Positions 8,910 to 19,692 are shown, numbered from the stretch's first letter. The stretch: 64,000 bases of DNA from an uncultured virus (IMG/VR IMGVR_UViG_3300032288_004063) (IMGVR_UViG_3300032288_004063), one strand, 5' to 3'. Numbers and translations are program-made. The notes: generated by a model not told the origin, from the sequence alone.

Positions 8910-10569
8910 TACTATTGCATATATGTCTAACCCCAATCTAAAACGCGCAGGCGTCAAGATTGAATGGACTGAAGATCAAGTCAAGGAATATGTGAGATGT
9001 TCCGAAGATCCTGTTTACTTTGCATTGAACTACATCAGAATCGTCAACGTTGACGAAGGTCTTGTGCCTTTCAAGATGTGGAAATTTCAGAAACACATGC
9101 TTGAAACATTTCACAAGAATCGTTTTGTCGTTTGCAAAATGCCTAGACAGGTTGGTAAATCTACAACAATCATTGCATATCTTCTACATCAGATTCTATT
9201 TCGTGACAACACAAGCGTAGCGATGCTTGCAAACAAAGGATCGACGGCTCGTGAACTATTGAGCCGTCTGCAGCTTGCATATGAAAATCTACCTATTTGG
9301 TTGCAACAAGGAATTGTGACCTGGAACAAAGGTAATATTGAACTTGAAAATGGATCAAAAGTTCTAGCTGCTGCAACATCATCAAGCGCAGTTCGTGGTG
9401 GATCATATAACATTCTGTTCCTTGACGAATATGCGTTCGTTCCAAACAATCAAGCCGATCAATTCTTCAATTCGGTATATCCTACGATTTCTTCTGGTAA
9501 GACATCTCAGGTTCTTGTAGTTTCTACACCAAACGGATTGAATCATTTCTATCGTATGTGGGCGGATGCAACTAGCAAGAGAAGCAATTATGTTCCGATT
9601 GAAGTCCATTGGTCCGAAGTTCCGGGTCGTGATGAAAGATGGAAAGAAGAGACAATAAGAAATACATCCGTTGATCAGTTTAGAGTCGAATTTGAAACTG
9701 AATTTGTTGGGTCTTCTCACACATTGATATCGGGTTCTAAGCTCAAGACGCTGGTATTCAATAATCCAATACGTCAAGATGGTAGATTGGATATAATCGA
9801 AGAGCCACAAAAAGATCATGCCTATGTGGTTACTGTCGATGTGGCTAGAGGTCAGGGTCTTGATTATTCTGCTTTTTCGGTCATAGATGTTACAACTATT
9901 CCTTATAAACAAGTAGCAAAGTTTAGAGATAAAGAGATATCTCCTTTACTATTTCCAACTATAGTTTTCAATGCAGGAACTGCTTATAACAACGCATATG
10001 TTCTTGTAGAAATCAATGATATAGGTCAACAAATAGCTGATATTATACATCATGAATTGGAATATGACAATCTTGTCAAGATACAAATCAAGCCTCGACA
10101 AGGTCAGCAAATGTCATTTGGGCACACAAAGAAGATACAATTTGGTGTCAAGACATCTGTGGCTACAAAGAGAATTGGTTGCTCAAACTTGAAAACCCTA
10201 ATTGAAAGTGACAAGTTGCTAATCATGGATTCAGATACCATCATGGAATTGATGACTTTTGTTGCGACTCGCGAATCTTTTGCTGCGGAAGAAGGTAGTC
10301 ATGACGATTTAGCTATGACTCTAGTGCTTTTTGCTTGGTTTATAGCTCAAAGAAACTTTAGAGAGTCTTTAAGCGGCGACATTCGTACTGTTCTTCAAAA
10401 AGAGCAACTAAATATATCACAAGAAGACTTGGTACCATTTGGTATTATTGATGATGGTATAAACGATAGAAATATGGAAGTAGCAGACATTGAACGCAGT
10501 TGGTTAGAAGAACGTAAATTGAAAGCCCCATTAGATAGTTATGAGTATGACTGGAGAAGTCGGATTTGA
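8902..10569 (+). CDS. gp17: Terminase large subunit gp17
   Basis: Walker A PRQVGKST, Walker B LFLDEYAF, STPNG coupling motif, nuclease motifs VDVARG and HDDLAM. Confidence 0.97.
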   Translation: MADTIAYMSNPNLKRAGVKIEWTEDQVKEYVRCSEDPVYFALNYIRIVNVDEGLVPFKMWKFQKHMLETFHKNRFVVCKMPRQVGKSTTIIAYLLHQILFRDNTSVAMLANKGSTARELLSRLQLAYENLPIWLQQGIVTWNKGNIELENGSKVLAAATSSSAVRGGSYNILFLDEYAFVPNNQADQFFNSVYPTISSGKTSQVLVVSTPNGLNHFYRMWADATSKRSNYVPIEVHWSEVPGRDERWKEETIRNTSVDQFRVEFETEFVGSSHTLISGSKLKTLVFNNPIRQDGRLDIIEEPQKDHAYVVTVDVARGQGLDYSAFSVIDVTTIPYKQVAKFRDKEISPLLFPTIVFNAGTAYNNAYVLVEINDIGQQIADIIHHELEYDNLVKIQIKPRQGQQMSFGHTKKIQFGVKTSVATKRIGCSNLKTLIESDKLLIMDSDTIMELMTFVATRESFAAEEGSHDDLAMTLVLFAWFIAQRNFRESLSGDIRTVLQKEQLNISQEDLVPFGIIDDGINDRNMEVADIERSWLEERKLKAPLDSYEYDWRSRI

Positions 10570-10582
10570 AAAATCTGGTTTC

Positions 10583-10590
10583 TATAAATA
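10583..10590 (+). promoter_or_regulatory. T4-type late promoter TATAAATA
   Basis: Exact consensus in the intergenic gap upstream of gp18. Confidence 0.8.
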
Positions 10591-10636
10591 ATACTATACG
10601 TTTATCAAAGTTCTCTACTTCTGAAAGGAGTAAACA

Positions 10637-12388
10637 ATGGCTTTTCAATTGAGTCCGGGCGTAGTTACAACTGAAATTGATCTAACGACTGTAATTCCTG
10701 CAGTTTCGACAACAAACGGCGGTTTTGTCGGCGATTTTAGTTGGGGTCCAGCAAATACAGTAATTACTGTAGATAGCGAAAATACTCTTGCATCATTTTT
10801 TGGTAAACCAGATAATACTTCATTTATTTCCTTTTTTACTGCAGCAAGCTTTTTGGCTTATGGAAATAATCTTAGACTGGTTCGTGCAATCAATTCATCA
10901 TCAAAAAATGCAACGGCAAATGGAACAGGACTATTAATTGAAAACAACGATCAATGGTTTAACAATTATAGAGCAACAACGACATCAAATACAGGTTGGG
11001 GTAACACAAATTTCATAGGCGTAGCTGCGCGTTATGCTGGTACACTAGGGAATTCAATTAAAGTTGCATATCTTCCGGCCGGTAATGCAAGTTTGTTTTC
11101 AAATTGGGCATATAGTTCTTTCTTTGATTCTGCACCAGGAACATCTCAATATGCTGCTTCAAGAGGAGCGGCAAATGATGAAATTCACGTTGTAGTAATC
11201 GATGCGACTGGTCTAATTGCTACCGGAGGCACTCCTGCAGGTACAAATGCTGCCGGATCTGTTCTTGAAACATTTAAAAATCTTTCTGTTTCTTCTGATG
11301 CAAAAAATTGGGACGGATCAAGCTTATTCTATCCTGATGTTATTGCTTCTCAATCAAATTACATTCACTGGCTTTCTCACCCAGCAAATACTACAAATTG
11401 GGGAACTGCAGCAACAAGCGGCGTAACTTACGTTGGTGTTGGTGGCTTGAGTGCAGGGGTAGCAAATGGCACAACTCTTTCTGGTGGTGCATACACAACA
11501 GCCTCTGATGCGAACAAACAGACTGCATGGGATAGACTAAAGAATGCTGATGAAGTAGATGTTTCTCTACTAATTACGGGTGATGCAAGTGCAACTGTTG
11601 CTCAATATGTAATTGATAACATTGCCGAATATAGAAAAGATTGCGTTGCATTTATATCTCCGGCTTCTGCAAACGTTGTTAATAATCCTAGTGGCGAAGT
11701 AACTGCAATAACAGCACAAAAGAACACGAATATCAATCGCTCTTCTTCTTACGCAGTATTTGATTCTGCATGGAAATACATGTTTGACAAATACAACAAC
11801 GTCTATCGCTGGATTCCTCTAAACGGAGACATTGCTGGACTATGCGTTCGTACAGATTCTACTCGCGATCCTTGGTTCTCGCCAGCTGGTTTAAATCGCG
11901 GACAAATAAAGAATGTAGTAAAACTATCTTGGAATCCAAACAAGACCAATAGGGATGATCTATACAAGATTGGTGTAAATCCAGTTGTCTCCTTCCCCGG
12001 AGAAGGTACTGTGTTGTTTGGCGATAAGACAATGCTTTCAAAGCCTTCCGCATTTGATAGAATAAACGTTCGTCGTCTATTCATCGTGCTTGAAAAAGCT
12101 ATAGCTACTGCTGCAAAGTATTCTCTATTCGAATTCAATGACGAATTTACAAGAGCACAATTCGTTTCTCTTGTAGATCCATTCCTAAGAGATGTTCAAG
12201 GTCGTCGTGGTATCTATGACTATAGAGTAGTCTGTGATGAAACAAACAATACACCTGAAGTAATTGATCGTAACGAATTTGTGGGTGATATTTACATTAA
12301 GCCTGCACGTTCAATCAACTTCATTCAGTTAAACTTTGTTGCTGTTAGAACTGGTGTGGCGTTTGACGAAATTGTTGGAAGATTCTAA
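10637..12388 (+). CDS. gp18: Tail sheath protein gp18
   Basis: MAFQLSPGV start, PWFSPAG, AFDRINVRRLF, IKPARSINFI motifs. Confidence 0.97.
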   Translation: MAFQLSPGVVTTEIDLTTVIPAVSTTNGGFVGDFSWGPANTVITVDSENTLASFFGKPDNTSFISFFTAASFLAYGNNLRLVRAINSSSKNATANGTGLLIENNDQWFNNYRATTTSNTGWGNTNFIGVAARYAGTLGNSIKVAYLPAGNASLFSNWAYSSFFDSAPGTSQYAASRGAANDEIHVVVIDATGLIATGGTPAGTNAAGSVLETFKNLSVSSDAKNWDGSSLFYPDVIASQSNYIHWLSHPANTTNWGTAATSGVTYVGVGGLSAGVANGTTLSGGAYTTASDANKQTAWDRLKNADEVDVSLLITGDASATVAQYVIDNIAEYRKDCVAFISPASANVVNNPSGEVTAITAQKNTNINRSSSYAVFDSAWKYMFDKYNNVYRWIPLNGDIAGLCVRTDSTRDPWFSPAGLNRGQIKNVVKLSWNPNKTNRDDLYKIGVNPVVSFPGEGTVLFGDKTMLSKPSAFDRINVRRLFIVLEKAIATAAKYSLFEFNDEFTRAQFVSLVDPFLRDVQGRRGIYDYRVVCDETNNTPEVIDRNEFVGDIYIKPARSINFIQLNFVAVRTGVAFDEIVGRF

Positions 12389-12416
12389 TAAATAGAAAGA
12401 AATAGGAGTACTCTAG

Positions 12417-13016
12417 ATGCCTTTCAATATAACAGATTTTCGTGCTAGACTAACTGGAGATGGTGCAAGACCAAATCTATTTGAAGTTAGAATGGCATTC
12501 CCAGCCATAGCCGGAGGAACTGCGGATTCTACACTACTAACTTTTACATGTAGAGCTGCTCAACTTCCGGGATCTTCAATCGGTTCTGTAATTGTTCCTT
12601 ACTTTGGTCGTGAAGTTAAGCTTGCTGGAAATAGAACTTTCCCAGATTGGACAATGACAATCATCAATGATGAAAACTTTAAAGTAAGAAATGCTTTTGA
12701 GAAATGGATGCAGGGAATTAATGCTAACTTCTCAAATAGAAGAAATTCTACATTTGCTACACCTGCCTCTTATTCAAGACCAGCAACAGTAATTCAGTAT
12801 GGCAAAAGAGGTCAAATCATAAAAAACTATCAACTTGTTGGGGCATTCCCAATTGACATCTCACCTATTGATCTTGATTGGGGTGCAAACGACACTATTG
12901 AAGAATATGCGGTTACACTTCAATATCAATACTGGGAGTCTGATACAACAACTCCTAGAGCTTCAACTGTTTCTGTGCCTACCACTTCAACAGAAACTTC
13001 CGGACCAGTTGGATAA
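12417..13016 (+). CDS. gp19: Tail tube protein gp19
   Basis: GARPNLFEV, VPYFGREVKLAGNRTF, FPIDISPIDLDW motifs; AATAAATA late-promoter-like site at 12387. Confidence 0.95.
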   Translation: MPFNITDFRARLTGDGARPNLFEVRMAFPAIAGGTADSTLLTFTCRAAQLPGSSIGSVIVPYFGREVKLAGNRTFPDWTMTIINDENFKVRNAFEKWMQGINANFSNRRNSTFATPASYSRPATVIQYGKRGQIIKNYQLVGAFPIDISPIDLDWGANDTIEEYAVTLQYQYWESDTTTPRASTVSVPTTSTETSGPVG

Positions 13017-13061
13017 TAGTAGACTACTCTTATATCATGATCTTTTTGAAGGGAAAAGTAA

Positions 13062-14798
13062 ATGGCTAATTGGAAGTTATTTGGATTTCAAATAACAAAT
13101 GAAAAAACCAAGAAGCAGGAAGAGCAACAGGATGTAAAGAATATAACTGAAAAATCCTTTGCTCTTCCTCAAAACGACGACGGTGCCGTTACGCTACAAA
13201 CTGGAGCGTATTTTGGCACCTATGTCGATTTGGAAGGCGTTGTTCGAAATGAAATTGAACTCATCACACGCTATCGTGAAATGGCAATGCAGCCAGAACT
13301 TGAAACTGCAATTGATGACATCGTCAATGAAGCAATTGTCATGCAGGGTCATGAAGAACCTCTAACAATCAATCTTGATGATCTACAAGTATCCGATACT
13401 ATAAAAAAGAGAATTCGCGAAGAATTTGAAAATATTCTTAGAATGTTGAACTTTGGTAATATGGGTTCAGAACTATTTCGTCGTTGGTACATTGACGGAA
13501 GAATGTTCTACCATGTCGTCATTGATGAAACTAGACCAAGAGATGGTATCAAGGAACTAAGATATATCGACCCAAGACGTATTCGTAAAGTTCGCGAAAT
13601 TCAAAAAATGAAAGATCCTGCAACAGGCGGCGATATCATCAAGACAGCTCGCGAATATTATCTCTATAATGAACGTGGTATTATTGGCGCACATTCAAAT
13701 CTTGGTATGAGAATTGCGCCAGACGCAATTGTCAACGTGAATTCTGGTTTGATGGATTCTCGTCGTGCAATGGTTCTATCATATTTGCACAAAGCCATCA
13801 AGCCACTAAATCAGTTGCGTATGGTCGAAGACGCAACTGTCATTTATCGTCTATCTCGCGCACCAGAACGTCGCGTATTCTACATCGACGTAGGTAACTT
13901 ACCCAAGGTCAAGGCTGAACAATATCTTCGCGACATCATGGTCAAGTATCGTAACAAGCTTGTGTATGACTCAAGTACGGGCGAAATTAGAGATGATCGC
14001 AAGCATCTATCAATGCTTGAAGACTTTTGGCTACCTCGCCGTGAAGGTGGTAAAGGTACAGAAATTCAGACTCTTCCCGGCGGTCAGAATCTTGGTGAAA
14101 TGGAAGATGTCAAGTACTTTGAACGCAAGCTATACAAGTCTCTTGGCATTCCAATTTCTCGTTTGGAAATGCAACAAGGTTTCTCTATTGGTAGAGCGTC
14201 TGAAATTACAAGAGACGAATTGAAGTTCTCAAAGTTCGTGTTTAGACTTCGCAACAAGTTTTCAACTTTGTTTGATGAAGCTTTGCGTGTGCAGCTATCG
14301 TTGAAGGGGATTTGCACCGTCGAAGAGTGGGATTATTTCAAAGAAGATATCTATTACGATTTTATAACGGACAATAATTTTGAAGAGCTAAAGAAAGCAG
14401 AATTGATTCAGAATCGAATTGGTGTTTTACAGTTGGCAGATCCTTATATTGGTAAGTATTTTTCAATCGAATGGGTTCGTAAAAACATATTGAACCAAAC
14501 AGATGACGAAATTGAAGAAATTAAAAGTCAAATTGAAAAAGAGCAAGAAGAGATGGAAAAAATGCAGCAAGCACAACAAGCTGCAATGGGAGTGGATCAA
14601 CAACAAGATCCTAACAACTTAGAAACCTCACAAGAAGATCAATCTCAGAAAATAGATGTTGATAGTGGATTTGAAAATGCAACACAGCCCGAACAAAATT
14701 CCTTAGACAACATGGTGAAAACTGGGCTAAAAATGGAAAATAAATCCAATCTAAATAATATACTAAGAATCATTAAAGATCGGAGAAATGTCATATGA
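13062..14798 (+). CDS. gp20: Portal protein gp20
   Basis: RWYIDGR, YRLSRAPERRVFYIDVGNLP, EDFWLPRREGGKGTEI motifs. Confidence 0.97.
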   Translation: MANWKLFGFQITNEKTKKQEEQQDVKNITEKSFALPQNDDGAVTLQTGAYFGTYVDLEGVVRNEIELITRYREMAMQPELETAIDDIVNEAIVMQGHEEPLTINLDDLQVSDTIKKRIREEFENILRMLNFGNMGSELFRRWYIDGRMFYHVVIDETRPRDGIKELRYIDPRRIRKVREIQKMKDPATGGDIIKTAREYYLYNERGIIGAHSNLGMRIAPDAIVNVNSGLMDSRRAMVLSYLHKAIKPLNQLRMVEDATVIYRLSRAPERRVFYIDVGNLPKVKAEQYLRDIMVKYRNKLVYDSSTGEIRDDRKHLSMLEDFWLPRREGGKGTEIQTLPGGQNLGEMEDVKYFERKLYKSLGIPISRLEMQQGFSIGRASEITRDELKFSKFVFRLRNKFSTLFDEALRVQLSLKGICTVEEWDYFKEDIYYDFITDNNFEELKKAELIQNRIGVLQLADPYIGKYFSIEWVRKNILNQTDDEIEEIKSQIEKEQEEMEKMQQAQQAAMGVDQQQDPNNLETSQEDQSQKIDVDSGFENATQPEQNSLDNMVKTGLKMENKSNLNNILRIIKDRRNVI

Positions 14799-14953
14799 GC
14801 AAAGACATTGTAAAAAACATTGTAGAAAATATTTACAATGATCAATTTAATACTTTAAAAGAAGATGTTGCAACTGCTATCTCAAAAAAAGCTGTTGATC
14901 TTCTTGAAAATAAAAAAATTGTAGTTGGTAAAAAGTTTTTTGAAAACAAGTAA
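14795..14953 (+). CDS. gp67: Small prohead core protein (gp67-like), 52 aa, below the ORF-track cutoff
   Basis: ATGA overlap with the portal stop; MSKDIVKNIVENIYNDQFNTLKEDVATAISKKAVDLLENKKIVVGKKFFENK; occupies the gp67 position. Confidence 0.6.
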   Translation: MSKDIVKNIVENIYNDQFNTLKEDVATAISKKAVDLLENKKIVVGKKFFENK

Positions 14954-14964
14954 TTATAATTAAA

Positions 14965-15453
14965 ATGAAAACATTAAGCACTTTTCTTTTAGAGGCAAAA
15001 AAATTTAACGATGACGAAATCATCGTCGAGGCTGCATCTTTTAAAAGTGATCCGCCAAATATGATTGTCTTAAAACGTAAAGCTATTCGTATTTTTCCAG
15101 ATGGAAGAAAAGTTGCTTTATATCATGCAGACAAGATTGACAAATATGTTTCTATTCCATATTCAGATATGACACAAAAGAATGTTATGCAGGTTCATGA
15201 GGCATGGATGCCTAAAGGAAATATAGGCTTACTAATGCAAATTGTTTCTTCCGGAGAACCTGACATAATTACATTTCAAGATAGTCTTAGTATGAAAATT
15301 GATGTATTGACTGCTCAGTCCATTGTTAATCTTTACAATAGCGTCAATGCATCAAATAAAACAAAAATTGAAAAAATGGTAAACAAAGATAAAATTAATT
15401 TTGCAAAAGTTGCAGCCTTTTCTCATGGCGCACACACAGATTTGGGGCAATAA
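14965..15453 (+). CDS. Hypothetical head-region protein
   Basis: 162-aa ORF between the portal and the protease. Confidence 0.6.
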   Translation: MKTLSTFLLEAKKFNDDEIIVEAASFKSDPPNMIVLKRKAIRIFPDGRKVALYHADKIDKYVSIPYSDMTQKNVMQVHEAWMPKGNIGLLMQIVSSGEPDIITFQDSLSMKIDVLTAQSIVNLYNSVNASNKTKIEKMVNKDKINFAKVAAFSHGAHTDLGQ

Positions 15454-15456
15454 AAA

Positions 15457-15930
15457 ATGGCAAATACATCACAAAAACTAATTGATTCTGAAAGAAGAGT
15501 CGTTTATAAGTGGACAGGAAATACAGCCGAAGCAGCAGTAATTAAAATTGATGCCGGAGCCCTTAATTTTTCATTAAATGCAAATAATCAACTTCTTGGA
15601 TCAGGAACTGATCGCAAATCAATTTATCGTCTAGCACTAAAAAAGGTAATCTACGATATTGCTCCAGGTCAAGCTGCGGGAAATGGGTATGTTGAACTTT
15701 ATTGGGCGGGTACGCCAAATCAAACAATAATATCATTGTCTGGTTGTGGACAAATGGACTTTGCAGAGGGTGGAGACGGTATTGTTATCACAAACAATGC
15801 GTCTGGAGCTGGAGCTAACGGAAATGTTGGACTACAGACAATAAACTTTGCTTCGACCGGCTGCTCATATACAATTATTGCCGACTTTAGAAAGCAATCA
15901 GACGATTATTCTACATTCGATAGGAATTAA
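15457..15930 (+). CDS. Hypothetical virion protein
   Basis: 157-aa ORF in the head cluster. Confidence 0.55.
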   Translation: MANTSQKLIDSERRVVYKWTGNTAEAAVIKIDAGALNFSLNANNQLLGSGTDRKSIYRLALKKVIYDIAPGQAAGNGYVELYWAGTPNQTIISLSGCGQMDFAEGGDGIVITNNASGAGANGNVGLQTINFASTGCSYTIIADFRKQSDDYSTFDRN

Positions 15931-15934
15931 TAAA

Positions 15935-16393
15935 ATGTCATCTACAAAAAAATTAGTAGAATCAATTTTTACAGAAGATCTAAATCAGGCATCTGAAAAT
16001 CTTTCTGAATCGTTTATGGAAATTCTAAAACAAAAACTAGTAGAAGCAAAAAAAATTGTTGCCGCAAAGTATGATGTTGCTGAACTTTCCGAAGCTTTGA
16101 AAAACATTGAAGAAGTTGAACAAGTTGATGAATCAAATGTTGTTCGTATGGGTCGTCTAAAAATGATTAGAGCCCGTATTCGCGGTGGAAAAGTTCAACG
16201 TCGTGTGAAAAAATCGGCTGTTCCTGGAATGAGAATTTCTGGCGGTAAACTTGTTCGTATGTCTCCCGCAGAAAAACGTAAACGTAAATTGGGCGCTCGT
16301 CGTGCAAAAATCAAGCGTCGTGCTAAATTAGCTCGCGCTCTTATAAAGCGTAGACGTTCATTGATGAAAAGAAAGGCTCTAGGTTTAAGATGA
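15935..16393 (+). CDS. gp68: Prohead core protein (gp68-like)
   Basis: Likely start MSSTKKLVES at 15935; very basic C-terminus (RKLGARRAKIKRR...RKALGL) directly before gp21. Confidence 0.7.
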   Translation: MSSTKKLVESIFTEDLNQASENLSESFMEILKQKLVEAKKIVAAKYDVAELSEALKNIEEVEQVDESNVVRMGRLKMIRARIRGGKVQRRVKKSAVPGMRISGGKLVRMSPAEKRKRKLGARRAKIKRRAKLARALIKRRRSLMKRKALGLR

Positions 16394-17037
16394 AACTTAT
16401 CAAAGAAGTTGTAGAAGAAGTTCGTTATCTTACTGAAGAAAATCCAATGGGCCAAAAAGAACACTACATTGAAGGAGTGTTTCTTCAAGCTGAACGTCAG
16501 AACAGAAATGGTAGAGTATATCCAATGGATATTCTACAAAGAGAAGTTCAGAGATATACTTCTAATTACATAATGCAAAATCGTGCGTTTGGTGAACTTG
16601 GTCATCCAGACACGCCAACAATCAATCTTGATCGTGTATCTCACATGATCAAGGATTTGAGACAAGAGGGTACAAATTATATTGGTAAAGCAAAAATTTT
16701 GGATACTCCTTATGGAAAGATTGTGAAAAATTTGATAGATGAGGGCGCTCGTTTAGGCGTATCTTCTAGAGGACTTGGTTCGCTAAAAGCCAGAAACGGT
16801 GTGAATATGGTACAAGATGATTTTTATTTGGCTACAGCTGCCGATATTGTTGCAGATCCTTCAGCTCCAGATGCCTTTGTAAGAGGTATTATGGAAGGCA
16901 AAGAATGGGTTATCGAAAATGGTCAATGGAAAGAGATTGACTATGATCATGCAAAGAAAGCTTTGAATGAAGCAAGTAGACGAGACTATGAAGAAGTCAA
17001 GCTTCGCGAATTCAAAAATTTCCTTTCAAAACTTTAA
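16390..17037 (+). CDS. gp21: Prohead protease gp21
   Basis: IEGVFLQAE, NRNGRVYP, GELGHP, GVSSRGLGS, DIVADPSAPDA motifs. Confidence 0.97.
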   Translation: MKLIKEVVEEVRYLTEENPMGQKEHYIEGVFLQAERQNRNGRVYPMDILQREVQRYTSNYIMQNRAFGELGHPDTPTINLDRVSHMIKDLRQEGTNYIGKAKILDTPYGKIVKNLIDEGARLGVSSRGLGSLKARNGVNMVQDDFYLATAADIVADPSAPDAFVRGIMEGKEWVIENGQWKEIDYDHAKKALNEASRRDYEEVKLREFKNFLSKL

Positions 17038-17041
17038 TTAT

Positions 17042-17049
17042 TATAAATA
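17042..17049 (+). promoter_or_regulatory. T4-type late promoter TATAAATA
   Basis: Exact consensus upstream of gp22-gp23. Confidence 0.85.
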
Positions 17050-17074
17050 GTCTAATATAAAGGAGCAAAAATAA

Positions 17075-18244
17075 ATGGCAAAGAAAAATCTAGCTGAAGC
17101 AGCTGCTGCTATTCTTTCAGGCAACATGGCTTCTCTAAAACCAATGTCAAAAGATGCTGAATCTTTTGGTCAAGCTGGCGAAACACCAGCTGTCGCAACA
17201 CCGGGACAAGGTGGAACACCAGAAACAGTTCAACCTGCTATTGCATCTGCTGCTGAAGCTGGCGTCGAAAAGGCCATTGGAGCAGCTCCAACAGCAACTC
17301 CTCCAGGAGCAAAGCCATCACCGGCTTCTAAGGATCCTATGGCAAAAGCTTCTTATCAAGTAAATGAGGAAGAAGACGAAAAAGATGAAGATAAAGCTTC
17401 AAAAGAAGACGAAAAAGAACATGAAGACGAAGAAGAAGATGACGAAAAGAAAGCCATGAAGGAAGAAGAAGACGAAAAGAAAGCCATGAAGGAAGACCTT
17501 GATGCTCTTTTCAATGGTGAAAATCTTTCTGAAGATTTCATGAAGAAGGCTGCAACAATTTTTGAAGCTGCTGTAACTGCAAGAGCTAATAAGATTGAAG
17601 AAAAGCTACAGGAACAGTATGCCGAAATCCTTGAAGAAGTTACGGAACAACTCAAGGAAGAAATGACTGAAAAAGTAGACGACTATCTAAACTATGTCGT
17701 TGAAGAATGGGTCAAGGAAAATGAACTAGCAATTGAGTCTGGTCTTCGTTCTGAATTGACAGAAGACTTTATTGCTGGTCTACGCAATCTGTTCACAGAG
17801 CATTATATTGATATTCCAGAAGACAAAGTCAATGTTGTCGAAGAGATGACAGCACAAGTTGTTGAATTGGAAAATAAGCTTAACGAACAGATCTCTTCTG
17901 CAGTTGAAATGAAGAAGCAATTGAATGAGTACGCAAAGAGAGAAGCGTTCTACGAAATTTGCGAAGGACTAACATCTACTCAAGTAGAAAAGATGAAGTC
18001 TCTGTCTGAAGGTGTTGAATTTACATCACTTGAAGACTATGCAGAAAGTCTCAAGACTCTCCGCGAAAACTATTTCTCAACAAAAACATCATCAAAGTCA
18101 AATAACGAAAAACTTGATGAAGAAACAGATGTTGTGGAACAAGCCCAGAGTCTTGCAGAACAAAAACAAAAAGAAAACAAGACAGGTGCAGATCCAATCA
18201 TGGACGCATATGTCAAGTCAATTAGTCGCACAGTTTTAAAATAA
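17075..18244 (+). CDS. gp22: Prohead scaffolding protein gp22
   Basis: Acidic coiled coil with LSEDFMKKAATIFEAAV and VDDYLNYVVEEW motifs; contains a 30-bp duplication at 17441-17496. Confidence 0.93.
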   Translation: MAKKNLAEAAAAILSGNMASLKPMSKDAESFGQAGETPAVATPGQGGTPETVQPAIASAAEAGVEKAIGAAPTATPPGAKPSPASKDPMAKASYQVNEEEDEKDEDKASKEDEKEHEDEEEDDEKKAMKEEEDEKKAMKEDLDALFNGENLSEDFMKKAATIFEAAVTARANKIEEKLQEQYAEILEEVTEQLKEEMTEKVDDYLNYVVEEWVKENELAIESGLRSELTEDFIAGLRNLFTEHYIDIPEDKVNVVEEMTAQVVELENKLNEQISSAVEMKKQLNEYAKREAFYEICEGLTSTQVEKMKSLSEGVEFTSLEDYAESLKTLRENYFSTKTSSKSNNEKLDEETDVVEQAQSLAEQKQKENKTGADPIMDAYVKSISRTVLK

Positions 18245-18268
18245 TAATTCAAAAGGAGTTTACTAAAA

Positions 18269-19603
18269 ATGCAACTTACTGAACAACTAGTCAACAAGTG
18301 GGGTCCTGTTCTGGATCATCCAGAACTTCCAAAGATCGCGGATCCTTACAAGAGAGCTGTTACAGCTATGGTTCTTGAAAACCAGCAGATTGCTTCTTCT
18401 CAGCAAGCAGCATTCATGGGTGGTGATCGTTCATTCCTATCTGAATCAGCTCCAACAAACGCAACTGGCTCTTCAATCAGCAACTACGATCCGATCTTGA
18501 TCTCGCTGGTTCGTCGTGCCCTTCCAAACTTGATCGCATACGACATCTGCGGCGTTCAGCCAATGACAGGTCCAACAGGCTTGATCTTCGCAATGCGTTC
18601 AAAGTATGACTCACAGACTGGAACAGAAGCTCTCTTCAACGAAGCTAACACAAAGTTCTCAGCTGCAAACAAGCTTGGTGCAAACGGTGCATCACAGAAT
18701 CATCAGACTTCTACACCAGGAATTGAAGACTATACTCTTGCCAACACTGGTAACGGTATGTCAACAGCTCAGGGTGAAGCTCTTGGTGACTCTGGTACAA
18801 ACCTATTTGCTGAAATGGCATTCTCAATCGAAAAAGTTACAGTAACTGCTCGCGAGCGTGCATTGAAGGCAGAATACACTCTAGAACTTGCTCAGGACTT
18901 GAAGGCAATTCATGGTCTTGATGCAGAAACTGAGTTGGCAAACATTCTGTCAACCGAAATTCTTGCAGAAATCAACCGTGAAGTAATCCGTACAGTGTAT
19001 TCTACAGCTGTGCTTGGTTGCTCAGCTGGTACAACAACAGCAGGAACATTCGACCTAGACACCGACTCAAATGGTCGTTGGTCAGTTGAAAAGTTCAAGG
19101 GTCTGATCTTCCAGATCGAACGCGAAGCAAACGTAATCGCTCGTGCAACCCGTCGTGGTAAGGGTAACCTAGTAATCTGCTCATCTGACGTTGCTTCTGC
19201 AATGGCAATGGCAGGCGTACTACAGTATACCCCAGCACTTCAGGCTGATCTACAGGTAGACGACACAGGTAACACATTTGCTGGTCTTCTACACAACCGT
19301 ATCAAGGTCTACATCGATCCTTACTACGGTTCAACAACAGCAGGAACAAACACATCTGAACTAGTAACAGTTGGCTATAAGGGTACATCACCTTATGACG
19401 CTGGTCTGTTCTACTGCCCATATGTTCCTCTACAGATGGTTCGTGCAATCGGACAAGACACATTCCAGCCACGTATCGGATTCAAGACACGTTACGGAAT
19501 GGTCGCAAATCCATTTGCTGAAGGTACAACAGCAGGTCTTGGACGCCTATCAAATCGTTCAAACGTCTACTATCGTATCTTCAAGGTTTCAAACCTTCTG
19601 TGA
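18269..19603 (+). CDS. gp23: Major capsid protein gp23
   Basis: LIAYDICGVQPMTGPTGLIFAMR, RALKAEYTLELAQDLKAIHGLDAE, FQPRIGFKTRYG motifs. Confidence 0.98.
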   Translation: MQLTEQLVNKWGPVLDHPELPKIADPYKRAVTAMVLENQQIASSQQAAFMGGDRSFLSESAPTNATGSSISNYDPILISLVRRALPNLIAYDICGVQPMTGPTGLIFAMRSKYDSQTGTEALFNEANTKFSAANKLGANGASQNHQTSTPGIEDYTLANTGNGMSTAQGEALGDSGTNLFAEMAFSIEKVTVTARERALKAEYTLELAQDLKAIHGLDAETELANILSTEILAEINREVIRTVYSTAVLGCSAGTTTAGTFDLDTDSNGRWSVEKFKGLIFQIEREANVIARATRRGKGNLVICSSDVASAMAMAGVLQYTPALQADLQVDDTGNTFAGLLHNRIKVYIDPYYGSTTAGTNTSELVTVGYKGTSPYDAGLFYCPYVPLQMVRAIGQDTFQPRIGFKTRYGMVANPFAEGTTAGLGRLSNRSNVYYRIFKVSNLL

Positions 19604-19637
19604 TCTGAAGAACAATAAGAAAGCGTTACTACAACTT

Positions 19638-19666
19638 GAGGGGGAACTTCGGTTCCCCCTCTTTTT
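19638..19666 (+). terminator. Rho-independent terminator after gp23
   Basis: GAGGGGGAAC-TTCG-GTTCCCCCTC-TTTTT: perfect 10-bp stem with a UUCG loop. Confidence 0.92.
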
Positions 19667-19692
19667 GTTCATAAATACTACAGAGGTAAGTT

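Noticed and set aside
2..12388. Apparent abundance of N-x-S/T sequons in virion proteins
   Set aside because: The proteins are very rich in N, S and T; rough counts are only slightly above compositional expectation, so a shuffle test is needed before any claim.
17441..17496. 30-bp duplication in gp22
   Set aside because: Ordinary slippage in the low-complexity acidic scaffold region.
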